From assembly GCA_964012805.1 (NCBI GenBank), contig CAXGUD010000019.1:15798-79797 (forward strand): a stretch of 64,000 bases of DNA. The letters are read 5' to 3'. Position 1 is the stretch's first letter. The number at the start of each line of letters is the position of its first letter. The position numbers and the translations under genes are program-made. Source of the DNA: an uncultured Bacteriovoracaceae bacterium (GTDB lineage: Bacteria > Bdellovibrionota > Bacteriovoracia > Bacteriovoracales > Bacteriovoracaceae). Positions 39,342 through 49,212 of this stretch are shown here, piece by piece. Under the pieces are notes generated by a model that ran no database searches, was not told the DNA's origin, and was given only the letters and a program-made list of their open reading frames with translations.

Positions 39342-40130
39342 GTGAGATATCTAACCCTCATTACAATTTTTTTTTTGATATGCAGCAGTTATTCTTGCAG
39401 CAGTTACACTATTTTCAGTCAGCCAGAAACCTCAGCCGAACAAGTTTTAGAAAAGACTTACTCCGAGGATTATGTAGAACACTTAAAATTTCAAGGGAAG
39501 ACCTATCTTAAAAGCCCTGAAACTAAACTTTATAAACTTTCAAAGAAAAGTAATGCCTACTTTCAGTCTATATATAATAAAATTGTTGAAAATAATGAGC
39601 TAATTCTTCATCAAAAAGACAATTTGGAGGTTAAAATTATCCAAAGTGAAGTCCCTTTCTATTTTTCTCTACCAGGAGCAAAATTTTTTTTTTCTAGAGG
39701 CCTTTTGAAGAATTATATAAAGAATGAAGGAGTTCTGGTCGCTTGTTTTTCTTATGAAATCTTAAAATCTCTTAGGTTGCTATACCCAAAAAAGGTCACG
39801 TTTCCAAAAGGTTATATTCGGACGGAGGAGATGTTATCTTTAACCCGACTCCCATTAAAAGCACGGATGGAATTACACAAATGGGCATTCAATATTTTAA
39901 AAAGGTCTAATTTTGACCCATATGGATACTTGATTTGGCTTCAAATACAAAATAAGAACCCATTAGATTTTTCTTTCCAACATGGTCATAATAGCAGGAT
40001 GATAAGAGAAGAGTATTCTTTAAAGAATTATATTCTTAAGGAAGTGGGTTATTTAAAAAAGAGACAGCTTGTTGAAAAAAACTCATCCCGCGAATTTTAT
40101 AATCTAATAAGAAGTTTAACAAAGAGTTAA
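39342..40130 (+). CDS. M48 peptidase-like (lipo)protein lacking HExxH
   Basis: FSLPGAKFFFSRGLL...NEGVLVACFSYEILK aligns by eye to M48 AFALPGG...RGLL...ELAAVLGHEIAH; FDP motif. Confidence 0.7.
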   Translation: MRYLTLITIFFLICSSYSCSSYTIFSQPETSAEQVLEKTYSEDYVEHLKFQGKTYLKSPETKLYKLSKKSNAYFQSIYNKIVENNELILHQKDNLEVKIIQSEVPFYFSLPGAKFFFSRGLLKNYIKNEGVLVACFSYEILKSLRLLYPKKVTFPKGYIRTEEMLSLTRLPLKARMELHKWAFNILKRSNFDPYGYLIWLQIQNKNPLDFSFQHGHNSRMIREEYSLKNYILKEVGYLKKRQLVEKNSSREFYNLIRSLTKS

Positions 40131-40132
40131 GA

Positions 40133-41146
40133 GTGTATAATGAAAGTGTGGATATCTCTAAATTAATTGATGACCTAAATAGTTCCCTCTTTTTAAAATT
40201 GCCAAATACTAAGCCAAAAATAGTGAAAGTGGGAGGAGATGCTTCAGCCAGAAGGTATTATAGAATAAAAACAGAAGAAAACTCATATATTTTGTGTAAG
40301 GACGAAAGCTCATCTGGCCCAGAAAATAACAGTCTTTTTTGCAATATCCAGAAAATTCTTAAATCATACAATATTCCAGTACCAGAGCTCTACGAAGCCA
40401 ACTTGAATTCAAGTATGATACTAGAGCAAGATTTAGGTGATAGAACTTTGCTGAAAGTTTTACCTGATTTTCATGGAGGTAAAGAAGAGCTTGAAACATA
40501 CAAATCGATTCTCAACATAATGATTAAAATCCATACGATTGATCCAGTTAATCATGAGGAGGAAAACTTTACAAAATTGCTCTTTGATCCAGACAAGCTA
40601 ATGAGTGAGGTCAGTTTTACTATAAAATACTTTTATGAGGGTTTTTTAAAGAGCTCTTTAGGAAGTGAAGTTTTAAACTACTTCAAAGATTTAACCAACT
40701 TTCTCTCTAAAGAAAAAATGGTCCCTACACATAGGGACTTCCACTCAAGAAATATTATGTGCTTTAAGGGAGAATTCTACATTATAGACTTTCAGGATAT
40801 AAGAATGGGATTACCTCAATATGATCTTGTCTCACTTTTAGAGGATTGTTATTACAAAATCAGTGAAAAGAATTTAGAGAAGTTGAAAACTTATTATTAT
40901 AAAAAGTTTATTCAAACTTATACGAATCAAAAAAGAGAGCACTTTGATAGGTTATACGATTTAATGACTATCCAAAGGACCTTCAAAGCTATTGGAAGTT
41001 TTTCATATCTTTTTTTAGTTAAGAAAGATCCGAGATTCTTGAAATATATTGGTTTTGGAATGGAGAAAATACGGAATAAGATTAATAAATACCCTGAGTT
41101 TTATGGGTTAAAAAAAGAGTTATTTAAAAACTATTATGAAAATTGA
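40133..41146 (+). CDS. amgK: Anomeric MurNAc/GlcNAc kinase-like phosphotransferase
   Basis: GDASARRYYR, QDLGD, HRDFHSRN, IDFQD, YDLVSLL, QRTFKAIG; overlaps a nucleotidyltransferase. Confidence 0.8.
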   Translation: MYNESVDISKLIDDLNSSLFLKLPNTKPKIVKVGGDASARRYYRIKTEENSYILCKDESSSGPENNSLFCNIQKILKSYNIPVPELYEANLNSSMILEQDLGDRTLLKVLPDFHGGKEELETYKSILNIMIKIHTIDPVNHEEENFTKLLFDPDKLMSEVSFTIKYFYEGFLKSSLGSEVLNYFKDLTNFLSKEKMVPTHRDFHSRNIMCFKGEFYIIDFQDIRMGLPQYDLVSLLEDCYYKISEKNLEKLKTYYYKKFIQTYTNQKREHFDRLYDLMTIQRTFKAIGSFSYLFLVKKDPRFLKYIGFGMEKIRNKINKYPEFYGLKKELFKNYYEN

Positions 41147-42095
41147 TTATTGCTTAATTTTGTCAGCAGGCTTAGGAACTCGTATGGGTGATATTGGAAA
41201 AATATTACCTAAGCCTATTTGGCCCATTTTTGAGTGCTCTATGCTGGAGCTTCAGTATCTTTGGGCCAAAAAAATGGGGTGTAAAAAAGTTTTTATAAAT
41301 ACTCACCACCTTCACAAAAAAGTACAGAACTTTTTAAAGCAAAATAATAATTTAGCTATAGAGGTAGTTCATGAGGAAACTTTACTTAATACAGGAGGGG
41401 CTATTTATAATCTCAAGAAAAGGATGAACTTAAAGAAAGGAACTATACTTGTTGTAGCAGGAGATCAATTCTACTTCTTTGAAAATAGCATTTGGAAAGG
41501 GGCTCTAGAAAAAGTAGAAAAAAGTCATGGTCTTCTATTTGGGTTGACTGTCGATGGATCTAAAAACTCTTATAATGAGTTGTGTATCGAAGATGATATT
41601 TTGATTAAGGTTGAGAATTACTCAAAAAAGCTTCATGGTCAAAAAACTTATATAACCTATTCAGGTCTAGGTATAATAAACCTAGAGATGTTAGAAGATG
41701 GTACAGGCTCAGTACCATTTTTTAAAAGTGTCGCGGACTTTAGAAAGAAAGATATAAATGTTGTTGTTCCAAAAAAACAGGAGTATTGGGACTTTGGCAC
41801 TAGTAAGAGATACTTTGGTAGTATAAGAAATCTATTTGAAGATCTATTACTTAGAAAAGATACAGAATTTTTGAAGTTTTGCTTAAATAATGGGGTTTTC
41901 GATCTTTCAAAGGTATCTAAAAGGTTGGAGTCTTATGGTACTTATGAAAAGGCTTCTTTTCTAAATTTTGGAAAAGTTGCTAAGTATGACTTCTTTGCGT
42001 TAATGAGAGGAAGTCATGAGGAGTCGTTTGCTAACTTAGATAGTATAGGTCTCTACTATAGGGATATTTTCGATCATATAAAAGATGGGTTATAG
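41136..42095 (+). CDS. murU: Sugar-phosphate nucleotidyltransferase, MurU-like
   Basis: LSAGLGTRM, PKP, INTHHL, LLNTGGA, YSG, WDFGT; coupled to amgK-like gene. Confidence 0.7.
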   Translation: MKIDYCLILSAGLGTRMGDIGKILPKPIWPIFECSMLELQYLWAKKMGCKKVFINTHHLHKKVQNFLKQNNNLAIEVVHEETLLNTGGAIYNLKKRMNLKKGTILVVAGDQFYFFENSIWKGALEKVEKSHGLLFGLTVDGSKNSYNELCIEDDILIKVENYSKKLHGQKTYITYSGLGIINLEMLEDGTGSVPFFKSVADFRKKDINVVVPKKQEYWDFGTSKRYFGSIRNLFEDLLLRKDTEFLKFCLNNGVFDLSKVSKRLESYGTYEKASFLNFGKVAKYDFFALMRGSHEESFANLDSIGLYYRDIFDHIKDGL

Positions 42096-42275
42096 TAGGT
42101 TTTTGATTTTAATACAATCGATGGGGCAAACTTCTATACAGATATGGCATAAAGTACAGGACCAGTTTTCTATGACATAGTTTTGATCAACTTTTAAAAT
42201 AGACTCTTCTGGGCAGATGATTCGACATGCGTCACATGATGTGCATAAAGAGGTTATTTCTAAATTAACAGTCAT
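42090..42275 (-). CDS. 2x[4Fe-4S] ferredoxin, 61 aa
   Basis: CTSCDACRIICP and CTLCHICIEVCP. Confidence 0.92.
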   Translation of the reverse strand: MTVNLEITSLCTSCDACRIICPEESILKVDQNYVIENWSCTLCHICIEVCPIDCIKIKNLL

Positions 42276-42322
42276 ATAATCTGATTATAATCAGAAACGT
42301 GGAGATCTAAAGGGAAGGAAAA

Positions 42323-43060
42323 ATGGGTTTAAAAGTTCATAAGTATAGTGAAGTGACTCAAAATTTGATTATTTTTCTTTTGCTGTCTATATTTTTTTTA
42401 CACATAAATATTTCATTTGATCGAGGCTTGTCGGCGCTTAATATAGACGCTCTTAAAGAAGTATTTTTTGAGTTTCCTATTTTAAATATTCTACTATTTG
42501 GTTCTTTTTTTTCAATAATTAGAGCAAAGAAATATTCGAAAACTCTTCTGGCACTTTTTTTTATTCATATTTCTGTTTATAGCTTTTTTCTCTTTTTTAA
42601 AAACTTCGATAAAATTATTTTAGTATTAAACTTTTTCTATATTGTTTTTTCATTTTATTTTTATATTAATTGGTCGTTTGAATTGAAAAAGGCTGTTTAT
42701 CTACCTAGCTATACACCTTATGATATTGGAAATAAAACATATTATGATTTAAGGGGAAAAGTTGTCTCTAATAAAAGTGGCCAGAAAGTAAGTGGTTATA
42801 TAGTAAACTGGGATCAAGAAGGTTGCTTTTTTTACAGCGAGGACCCAGCTCTTCAAGACTTTAGGGGAAAGTTAACAATTGAAATAGATTACGAGGGTTT
42901 AACTTTTACCCAAAAGGCAGAAATTGTAACGAGTTACTACGGGGGAAAGGGAATAAAGTTTCTTTTGGAAGGTGACTCCAAAAAAAGTAGATATACTTGG
43001 AATGACTTTTTTAAAATAATAGGGGATAGAGGCTTTTCACCGCTTTATTCAAGGAAATAA
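42323..43060 (+). CDS. Four-TM membrane protein with C-terminal PilZ-like domain
   Basis: Four hydrophobic segments; GYIVNWDQEGCFF and GKGIKF PilZ-like strands. Confidence 0.65.
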   Translation: MGLKVHKYSEVTQNLIIFLLLSIFFLHINISFDRGLSALNIDALKEVFFEFPILNILLFGSFFSIIRAKKYSKTLLALFFIHISVYSFFLFFKNFDKIILVLNFFYIVFSFYFYINWSFELKKAVYLPSYTPYDIGNKTYYDLRGKVVSNKSGQKVSGYIVNWDQEGCFFYSEDPALQDFRGKLTIEIDYEGLTFTQKAEIVTSYYGGKGIKFLLEGDSKKSRYTWNDFFKIIGDRGFSPLYSRK

Positions 43061-43066
43061 ATTTAG

Positions 43067-43519
43067 ATGTTTATTGGAAAAAAAGTGATATTTTTCGTAA
43101 CATTTATGGTCGTATTGAGCTCCTGTCTTGGGCCTGAAAATAACCCTGAAGTAGTATTAAGAGACTTTATCCAAAAACAATTTACCGGGAAGCTAACCAG
43201 GCAAGACGTATTAAAAAGGACAACTGGGGAGCTTTTTGAAGAATACTCCAAGATGACGGATGAAACCTTTAAAAATTTATTTCTTCAAAAAAAACTGGCC
43301 AAAAAAAAAGTTAAGATAAACTTTAAAAAGTGTAGTGACTTGAGGTGCTCAATAACTTTCTCTATATCTTATGATGTCTATGAGGATAAAAAGATTAAAA
43401 ATATGGTCGAAACAAAAAAGATAGCGTCTCTATTGAAAGATAATAAGAATACTTGGAAGATAGAAAAGATAGTAAATTTAAAGACCTACTTTGAAAATAG
43501 TCCCATAAAAATAAAGTAA
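43067..43519 (+). CDS. Hypothetical lipoprotein
   Basis: VLSSC lipobox; NTF2-like WKIEKI ending. Confidence 0.75.
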   Translation: MFIGKKVIFFVTFMVVLSSCLGPENNPEVVLRDFIQKQFTGKLTRQDVLKRTTGELFEEYSKMTDETFKNLFLQKKLAKKKVKINFKKCSDLRCSITFSISYDVYEDKKIKNMVETKKIASLLKDNKNTWKIEKIVNLKTYFENSPIKIK

Positions 43520-43538
43520 ATCTAGGAATAGAAAAGGT

Positions 43539-43994
43539 ATGGAAAAAACGCCCTTTGAGAATAAGTTCTTTGATCAGTTGTTAGAGGAAACCTTTGACCA
43601 CCAGAGCACGGAATCGCAATTTAAAAATGAAGTGAAAGGGGAGTTTTTGACACAAACAGAGCATTTCATAAAGAAAAACAAGTCCTCACAAATCATTATG
43701 AGCTACAGGCCAACAAGTGGTTGTTACAGAGTAACCCTAAGAAATAAGACAATCGACTTTCCAAAAAATTGGTCTATTTTTTCTGAGTTGTACCAGGCGA
43801 GAAATAACCATGGAGATTTTTTTTGCTTTCTTAGGGAAGAAGATGACAAGGATTATGTACTTGAAATTCTTAGTAACCTACTGCAATCAGATCTCTACGG
43901 AGTTATCCTTGTGAAGAAAGAAGTGACTTTCATGGTCCCAGTTTTGAGATGCGAGAGCTCTTCTTATTTTATAAAGTCAGCAATTAGAGAGTAA
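43539..43994 (+). CDS. Hypothetical protein
   Basis: 151-aa ORF with AAGG SD in co-oriented run; no motif recognised. Confidence 0.7.
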   Translation: MEKTPFENKFFDQLLEETFDHQSTESQFKNEVKGEFLTQTEHFIKKNKSSQIIMSYRPTSGCYRVTLRNKTIDFPKNWSIFSELYQARNNHGDFFCFLREEDDKDYVLEILSNLLQSDLYGVILVKKEVTFMVPVLRCESSSYFIKSAIRE

Positions 43995-44820
43995 GGTAGA
44001 AGTCCTTCATCATCTTTGCGTCAACTTCAAGGTTTGGGCTATTGCAGATGATATAACCCTTACAATCGAAGTCCTTTAATGCCCTAATAAGTTCTTGCCA
44101 ATTGAAGCTTGAACTTTCAAGGTTTAGATGCTTCAGGTCACCTTTAGAGTTTGAACTGATGCCGGAAATATGAATATGCATATTATCCAGAGCAGCTCTG
44201 CCAAGTTCTTCCTTAAGTCGCTCCAAAACGTGAGTAAACTCTTCGTATGTATTGTACTTTCCTGTTCTTGCAAATAAATGGGAGAAGTCCATACATGGAG
44301 AACATGAGTTTACTGACTTTGTCAGGCTAATTAGTTCTTGAAGAGAGCCAAATTGGCTTGTTTTTCCTGTCAGTTCAGGCCTTAGTTCAATTTCAATATC
44401 AAGCCTGCCAAGTCTTTCCTCAATGACGTTTAAGCTTTTTTCGACAAGGTCAAATACGTCATACGGGGAGTCTTTCATATAAAATGCAGCATGAAATGTC
44501 ATAGATTCAGCACCGCATAGGTCAGATATTTTTGCTGTTTGAATAATTCTTTCTACAGAAGAGTCAATCTTGTCTTGCTCTCTTGCATTTAAGTTAATGT
44601 AATAAGGGCCATGAGAGGTCAGAGGAACACCTAATTCAAATGAAGCTTTCCTGAGGCCAGAAGAGACCTCTTCTTTCATTCTTACGCCATGCGCAAACTC
44701 GAGTTGCATGCAATCAAGATCTAATGCACGAATTTGTTTAACACCTTCAATAGGGTTGTTTTTACGAGGAGTTGAGTTGGGAACTCCTGCTGTTCCAAAA
44801 AGGAGTCTGTTAAAATTCAT
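43984..44820 (-). CDS. nfo: Endonuclease IV-family TIM barrel, archaeal-type, with C-terminal Glu-to-Asn change
   Basis: FGTAGVP, HGPYYINL, FH, PELTGK..QFGS, DFSH, HIH, GDLKH, ICNSP; start trimmed to ATG 44820. Confidence 0.85.
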   Translation of the reverse strand: MNFNRLLFGTAGVPNSTPRKNNPIEGVKQIRALDLDCMQLEFAHGVRMKEEVSSGLRKASFELGVPLTSHGPYYINLNAREQDKIDSSVERIIQTAKISDLCGAESMTFHAAFYMKDSPYDVFDLVEKSLNVIEERLGRLDIEIELRPELTGKTSQFGSLQELISLTKSVNSCSPCMDFSHLFARTGKYNTYEEFTHVLERLKEELGRAALDNMHIHISGISSNSKGDLKHLNLESSSFNWQELIRALKDFDCKGYIICNSPNLEVDAKMMKDFYLTL

Positions 44821-44958
44821 GTGAAATAGCCCTTCTGAAAAGTTAGATACTATGTCCATTAATAATTCAGCCTGAATGCGTTATAGCTCTTTTACAATGT
44901 ATTGTCTATAATTTCATAGGTAAAGTGTAATAAAGTAAAGCAAGTTGGTTCATTTTTT

Positions 44959-45807
44959 ATGGTAGTTATTCAAATCTTTGTACTTGTAGTATTTTTGTGC
45001 ATAGCATTTTCTGTGCCGATTTCCATTGGCTTTTTGGCATTACCTAATGATGGAATGCTTGCGATCTTAGGGCTACTCGCCTGTTTTGTGGCCTTAGTTC
45101 TTGGGCTAGGAGACCGGATGCTGCTTTTTTTCTTGAAGGCAGAACCACTAAAAAAGGAACATTTTATTAATGATATATTGGATAGATACTCTCTTCTCTT
45201 TAGGCAGAAAGAAAAAAGAGTCTATTTAGTGGAAGGTTATAGTAATTGTTATGTATTAAAATCACTTTTTAGCGATTCAATTCTCGTCCTGGATAAAAGG
45301 TTGTTAGAAAGTTTATCGAATGAAGAATTAGAGGCAGTTCTTTTCTTAACATGTGTAAAATCTAGAGGCTCTAAAGTTGCACTTAACTTTTCTTTTCAGG
45401 CTTTGAAGAGCTTAAGTTTTCTACCTCTTCTTTTTTTGAAAAAAGGATCCAGTTTATATAAGGCTACTAATATTCTTCTAACTTTTATTCTATATCCACT
45501 TAAAATTATGGATGTTTTAATATTTAGGAGACCAACAAAAATTATTGAAGATGATTTGGAGGTTGCAAATAAAAGTTATTTAGGTAGATCATTAGCTTCA
45601 GCTATTTTTAAAATCTCTCAATTAAACTTGAGTAAGAAAAGTAAGAGGGCTGATATTTTGGAAAGGATGATAGAAGGACTTGCGATTTTAGAAGACAGTA
45701 GGTACGATGCGTTGAGATCGGTCTCAGGACCTTGTTTGCTACCTATGTCTAGGTTTAAGGCTCTTATTGATGAAGTTGATGATTCAAAAGCTCAAAAAAC
45801 ACCTTAA
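44959..45807 (+). CDS. HtpX/M48-like membrane protein lacking HExxH
   Basis: Two N-terminal TMs, LLESLSNEELEAVLFLTCVK (normally ELEAVLAHE..H), LASAIFKIS. Confidence 0.7.
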   Translation: MVVIQIFVLVVFLCIAFSVPISIGFLALPNDGMLAILGLLACFVALVLGLGDRMLLFFLKAEPLKKEHFINDILDRYSLLFRQKEKRVYLVEGYSNCYVLKSLFSDSILVLDKRLLESLSNEELEAVLFLTCVKSRGSKVALNFSFQALKSLSFLPLLFLKKGSSLYKATNILLTFILYPLKIMDVLIFRRPTKIIEDDLEVANKSYLGRSLASAIFKISQLNLSKKSKRADILERMIEGLAILEDSRYDALRSVSGPCLLPMSRFKALIDEVDDSKAQKTP

Positions 45808-47671
45808 CTTTAAGATAATTGAAACAAACTCTCTTTATCCTTTTTTATTCACTTTATTTTTTGTTTTTCTTACATTCCAATACCCATTTAGCACTCTTGA
45901 ATCGATATTTTATGATTTTAGGGTAAGGAACGACTTAGGCTTTTTTTCTAAAAGCCAGATTGTGGTTATCACCATGGATGAAGAAAGTGATGAGTTTTTG
46001 GGCGAACAATATCCCTATACTTACGCTAGTCACCATAGGCTGTTTTCCAAGTTTTTAAATGAGAAGCCTAAGATAATTAATTACTTATTAAATCCTCTTG
46101 GTCCCGAGTCAGAAATGGATGGGAAAAACTTTATTAAGTTTAAGAAGGCCATTGAGAGTTTTAAATCTGCAGGAGGTTACTTTAGGTTTGGTGTAAAAAT
46201 GGATGTTTGGGGAGAACAATATCCACCCATTGGTTTAAAAGAGTTTGGCTATTCTTTGGCAGTGTTAAATCGAGATGATCTTGAATTTTCAAAAGATAAA
46301 GTTGTAAGAAGAGCTATTCTTAATATTTCTGGAGATGATACTCTCCACATGTGGACTGCTAACAAGTATAGAAAATTTTTAGGTAAAAATAAGTTAGAAT
46401 CGCATAACTTAAAGGGAGCGTTTTACCAAAGAGACCTAGATGCTACTGTTGTTTCTTTTCGATACTCGTCTTCTCCAATGGAGAAAGATAAAAGAATTAT
46501 AAAGATTCCATTTCATAAAGTTGTGGTGGGTAATTTTCCCAAAGGCTTTTTTAAAGATAAAATAGTAATTGTTGGCCCAAGTTATATATCTAACTCTGGA
46601 GACTACTCATTTACTCCTTTTGATCGAGAAAACCTCAAAGCACCCAATATTTTTCTTCACAGTCTTATGATTCAATCTTTGGTTGAAAATAAAACTGTTA
46701 TCCCAATACCAAAGACTTTTACCTATATTTTTTCTTTATTGATAGTTTTGTTTTTGTCGATTTTTATAAACAAGGCTCAGCCGACAAGTGGACTAATAAT
46801 TACGATTTCTCTAATGTTTGGGATTCTTTTGTTTTCTTTTTGTGTATTTTCAATTTTTGGCTTCTGGGTTTATACAACCCATCTCATCATGTCCATATTT
46901 ATTGTCTACTATATCTGGGTACCTTTTAGGGCAATTGCAGAATATAAAACAAGGTTTGCAATCCAAGAAGAAGCAAAATTAATTAAAGAGGTTGAAAGCC
47001 TTAAACAAAACTTTATTTCGCTTATGAGCCATGACCTAAAAACCCCAGTAGCCAAAATATCTGGCATGGTTGACATCATTATGATGCAAGTTAGAGGTCA
47101 GGCTGAAATTGAAAATAATTTAAAAATGGTTATGGATTCAACTAAGGAGTTAAATAACTTTATTACTTCAATTCTAGACTTGACCAAAATTGAGTCTAGT
47201 AAATTGAACCTCCAAAAGACCTCAAAAGATGTTAACCAAATAGTCAGCTCTGTTGTCGAAGGTTTTAAATTTGAGGCTGAGAGAAAACAGATTAAACTTA
47301 ACACCGAGTTGGCTCCTCTTTATCCAATAAAAATAGACGTTAATTTGTTTAGGCGCATAGCGTCTAACTTGATCGAAAATGCTATAAAATACAGTGGAAA
47401 GGGTAAAGTTGTTGACATAAAAACTTGGGATGATGAAAAGTGGGTCTATATCGAAGTTATCGATAATGGAGTAGGGATAGGACAGAACGATATTAAGAGA
47501 GTTTTTGATAGATTTTATAGAGTGAAAAACGATGCTAGTCACAGTATTAAAGGAACTGGGCTAGGTTTATATCTAGTGAAATATTTTGTTGAGCTTCATG
47601 GTGGAAAAATATCTGTGGAATCTGAGTTAGGCAGAGGAACTCAATTCAAAGTTCAGCTTTTAAATGTCTGA
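45767..47671 (+). CDS. CHASE2 sensor histidine kinase
   Basis: IVVITMDEES, DKVVRR, FKDKIVIVG, TPF, three TMs, SHDLKTP, NLIENAIKYS, DNGVGI, GTGLGL. Confidence 0.95.
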   Translation: MMKLMIQKLKKHLNFKIIETNSLYPFLFTLFFVFLTFQYPFSTLESIFYDFRVRNDLGFFSKSQIVVITMDEESDEFLGEQYPYTYASHHRLFSKFLNEKPKIINYLLNPLGPESEMDGKNFIKFKKAIESFKSAGGYFRFGVKMDVWGEQYPPIGLKEFGYSLAVLNRDDLEFSKDKVVRRAILNISGDDTLHMWTANKYRKFLGKNKLESHNLKGAFYQRDLDATVVSFRYSSSPMEKDKRIIKIPFHKVVVGNFPKGFFKDKIVIVGPSYISNSGDYSFTPFDRENLKAPNIFLHSLMIQSLVENKTVIPIPKTFTYIFSLLIVLFLSIFINKAQPTSGLIITISLMFGILLFSFCVFSIFGFWVYTTHLIMSIFIVYYIWVPFRAIAEYKTRFAIQEEAKLIKEVESLKQNFISLMSHDLKTPVAKISGMVDIIMMQVRGQAEIENNLKMVMDSTKELNNFITSILDLTKIESSKLNLQKTSKDVNQIVSSVVEGFKFEAERKQIKLNTELAPLYPIKIDVNLFRRIASNLIENAIKYSGKGKVVDIKTWDDEKWVYIEVIDNGVGIGQNDIKRVFDRFYRVKNDASHSIKGTGLGLYLVKYFVELHGGKISVESELGRGTQFKVQLLNV

Positions 47672-47695
47672 TTTAAAAATTTAGGAGATAGGCAC

Positions 47696-49192
47696 ATGCA
47701 TAGGGTGTTAGTAGTTGATGATGATAAAGTTTTACAGGAGTCTGTTAAACAAGCTTTAGAGTTTCACCATTTTAAAGTAGATGTCGCAGACAATGGTAAG
47801 CAGGCCATAAGCGCTGTTTACAGAGAAAAATATGACCTTGTCGTTATGGATGTCAATATGCCTGAGATGGATGGCATAGAAGCATTAAGTGAAATAAAAA
47901 AGTATGATCCAACAATTATAGTACTTATTTTAACTGCATACTCTAATGTAGGTGATGCTGTTAAAGTTGTTAAGGAAGGTGCCTATAATTATCTTGAAAA
48001 GCCTATTAGTGCCGAAAACTTAGTTGCCTTGATCAAAAGGGCCTTAAAAGCAAGGTCCTTAGTTGAAACATCTGCCTTTTCTGCCCCAAGCTTGTCACTT
48101 GGCCAAAACACTGAAGATAAATTTGTTGGCCAGTCTGACGTAATGAAAAAAGTTTTTAATGTGATTTCTAAACTTGCTAAGGTGAATACCCCGGTTCTAA
48201 TTAGGGGTGAGTCTGGAACAGGTAAAGAGCTTGTTGCAAAAGCGATTCATTATAATGGCCCTCGTAAAGATGAAAAGTTTGTCACGATTAATTTAGCCGC
48301 GATTCCTGATGAGTTAATTGAAAGTGAGTTATTTGGTCACGAAAAAGGGGCTTTTACGGGAGCAAATGAGAGAAAGATAGGGAAGTTCCAGTATGCTGAT
48401 GGAGGAACAATTTTCTTAGATGAAATTGGGGATGTTTCGCCAAGTATGCAGGTGAAGCTCTTGAGGGTCCTCCAAGAAAGAACTTTTACCCCGGTAGGTT
48501 CAAACCGTGATATTACTGTTGATGTAAGAATTATAGCTGCTTCTCATAAAAACTTTGAAGGTATGATTGAGAAAAAGGAATTTAGAGAGGATCTATTTTA
48601 TAGGTTGAATGTACTGCCTGTTTACTTACCACCACTTCGTGAGCGGGTTTCTGATATTCCTTTTTTAGTGGACTATTATATAAAATATTTTAACAATATA
48701 CACCACTTAGAAATTAAAGGAGTTACCTCAGAAGCACGAAACTTAATTCTTAAATATGGTTGGCCTGGAAATATTAGGGAGCTCCGGAATGTCATTGAAC
48801 ACGCCTTTATAATTGAGACTAGTGATGAAATATACCCTTCAGCTCTTCCTTCAAGTTTAACAAAAACAAGTATTGAAGACCTGGCCAATCAAGAAGTCGC
48901 TCCGTCACCTGAAATTAATTTTGAAGAAATCCAAAACTCAGTTTTAGAAAGTGATAGAAAAGAGAATGAGGTCGAAGGCTACAGTTTTGTTTTTGCTACT
49001 AAAAGTGAAAGTAACGAAATTAAAATGGACTTTCAAATCGCAAAAGAAATGTTTGAAAAAGAGTTTATTGTTCATGCATTAAAACTAAATAGAGGAAAAA
49101 TTAATCAAACAGCCTTGAAGGCCAATATACCAAAGAAAACTCTATTAAGAAAAATAGAAAAGTATGAAATCACTCCTAAGGAATTTTATTAG
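47696..49192 (+). CDS. Sigma-54-dependent response regulator (NtrC family)
   Basis: REC (VVDDD, DVNMP, KP), GESGTGKE, ESELFGHEKGAFTGA, WPGNIREL, Fis-type HTH. Confidence 0.97.
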   Translation: MHRVLVVDDDKVLQESVKQALEFHHFKVDVADNGKQAISAVYREKYDLVVMDVNMPEMDGIEALSEIKKYDPTIIVLILTAYSNVGDAVKVVKEGAYNYLEKPISAENLVALIKRALKARSLVETSAFSAPSLSLGQNTEDKFVGQSDVMKKVFNVISKLAKVNTPVLIRGESGTGKELVAKAIHYNGPRKDEKFVTINLAAIPDELIESELFGHEKGAFTGANERKIGKFQYADGGTIFLDEIGDVSPSMQVKLLRVLQERTFTPVGSNRDITVDVRIIAASHKNFEGMIEKKEFREDLFYRLNVLPVYLPPLRERVSDIPFLVDYYIKYFNNIHHLEIKGVTSEARNLILKYGWPGNIRELRNVIEHAFIIETSDEIYPSALPSSLTKTSIEDLANQEVAPSPEINFEEIQNSVLESDRKENEVEGYSFVFATKSESNEIKMDFQIAKEMFEKEFIVHALKLNRGKINQTALKANIPKKTLLRKIEKYEITPKEFY

Positions 49193-49212
49193 TTCAGGTA
49201 AGAGGTGAAATT

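Noticed and set aside
36492..39376. A/T runs of about 10 nt as phase-variation tracts
   Set aside because: Frames are intact and such runs are expected at this AT content.
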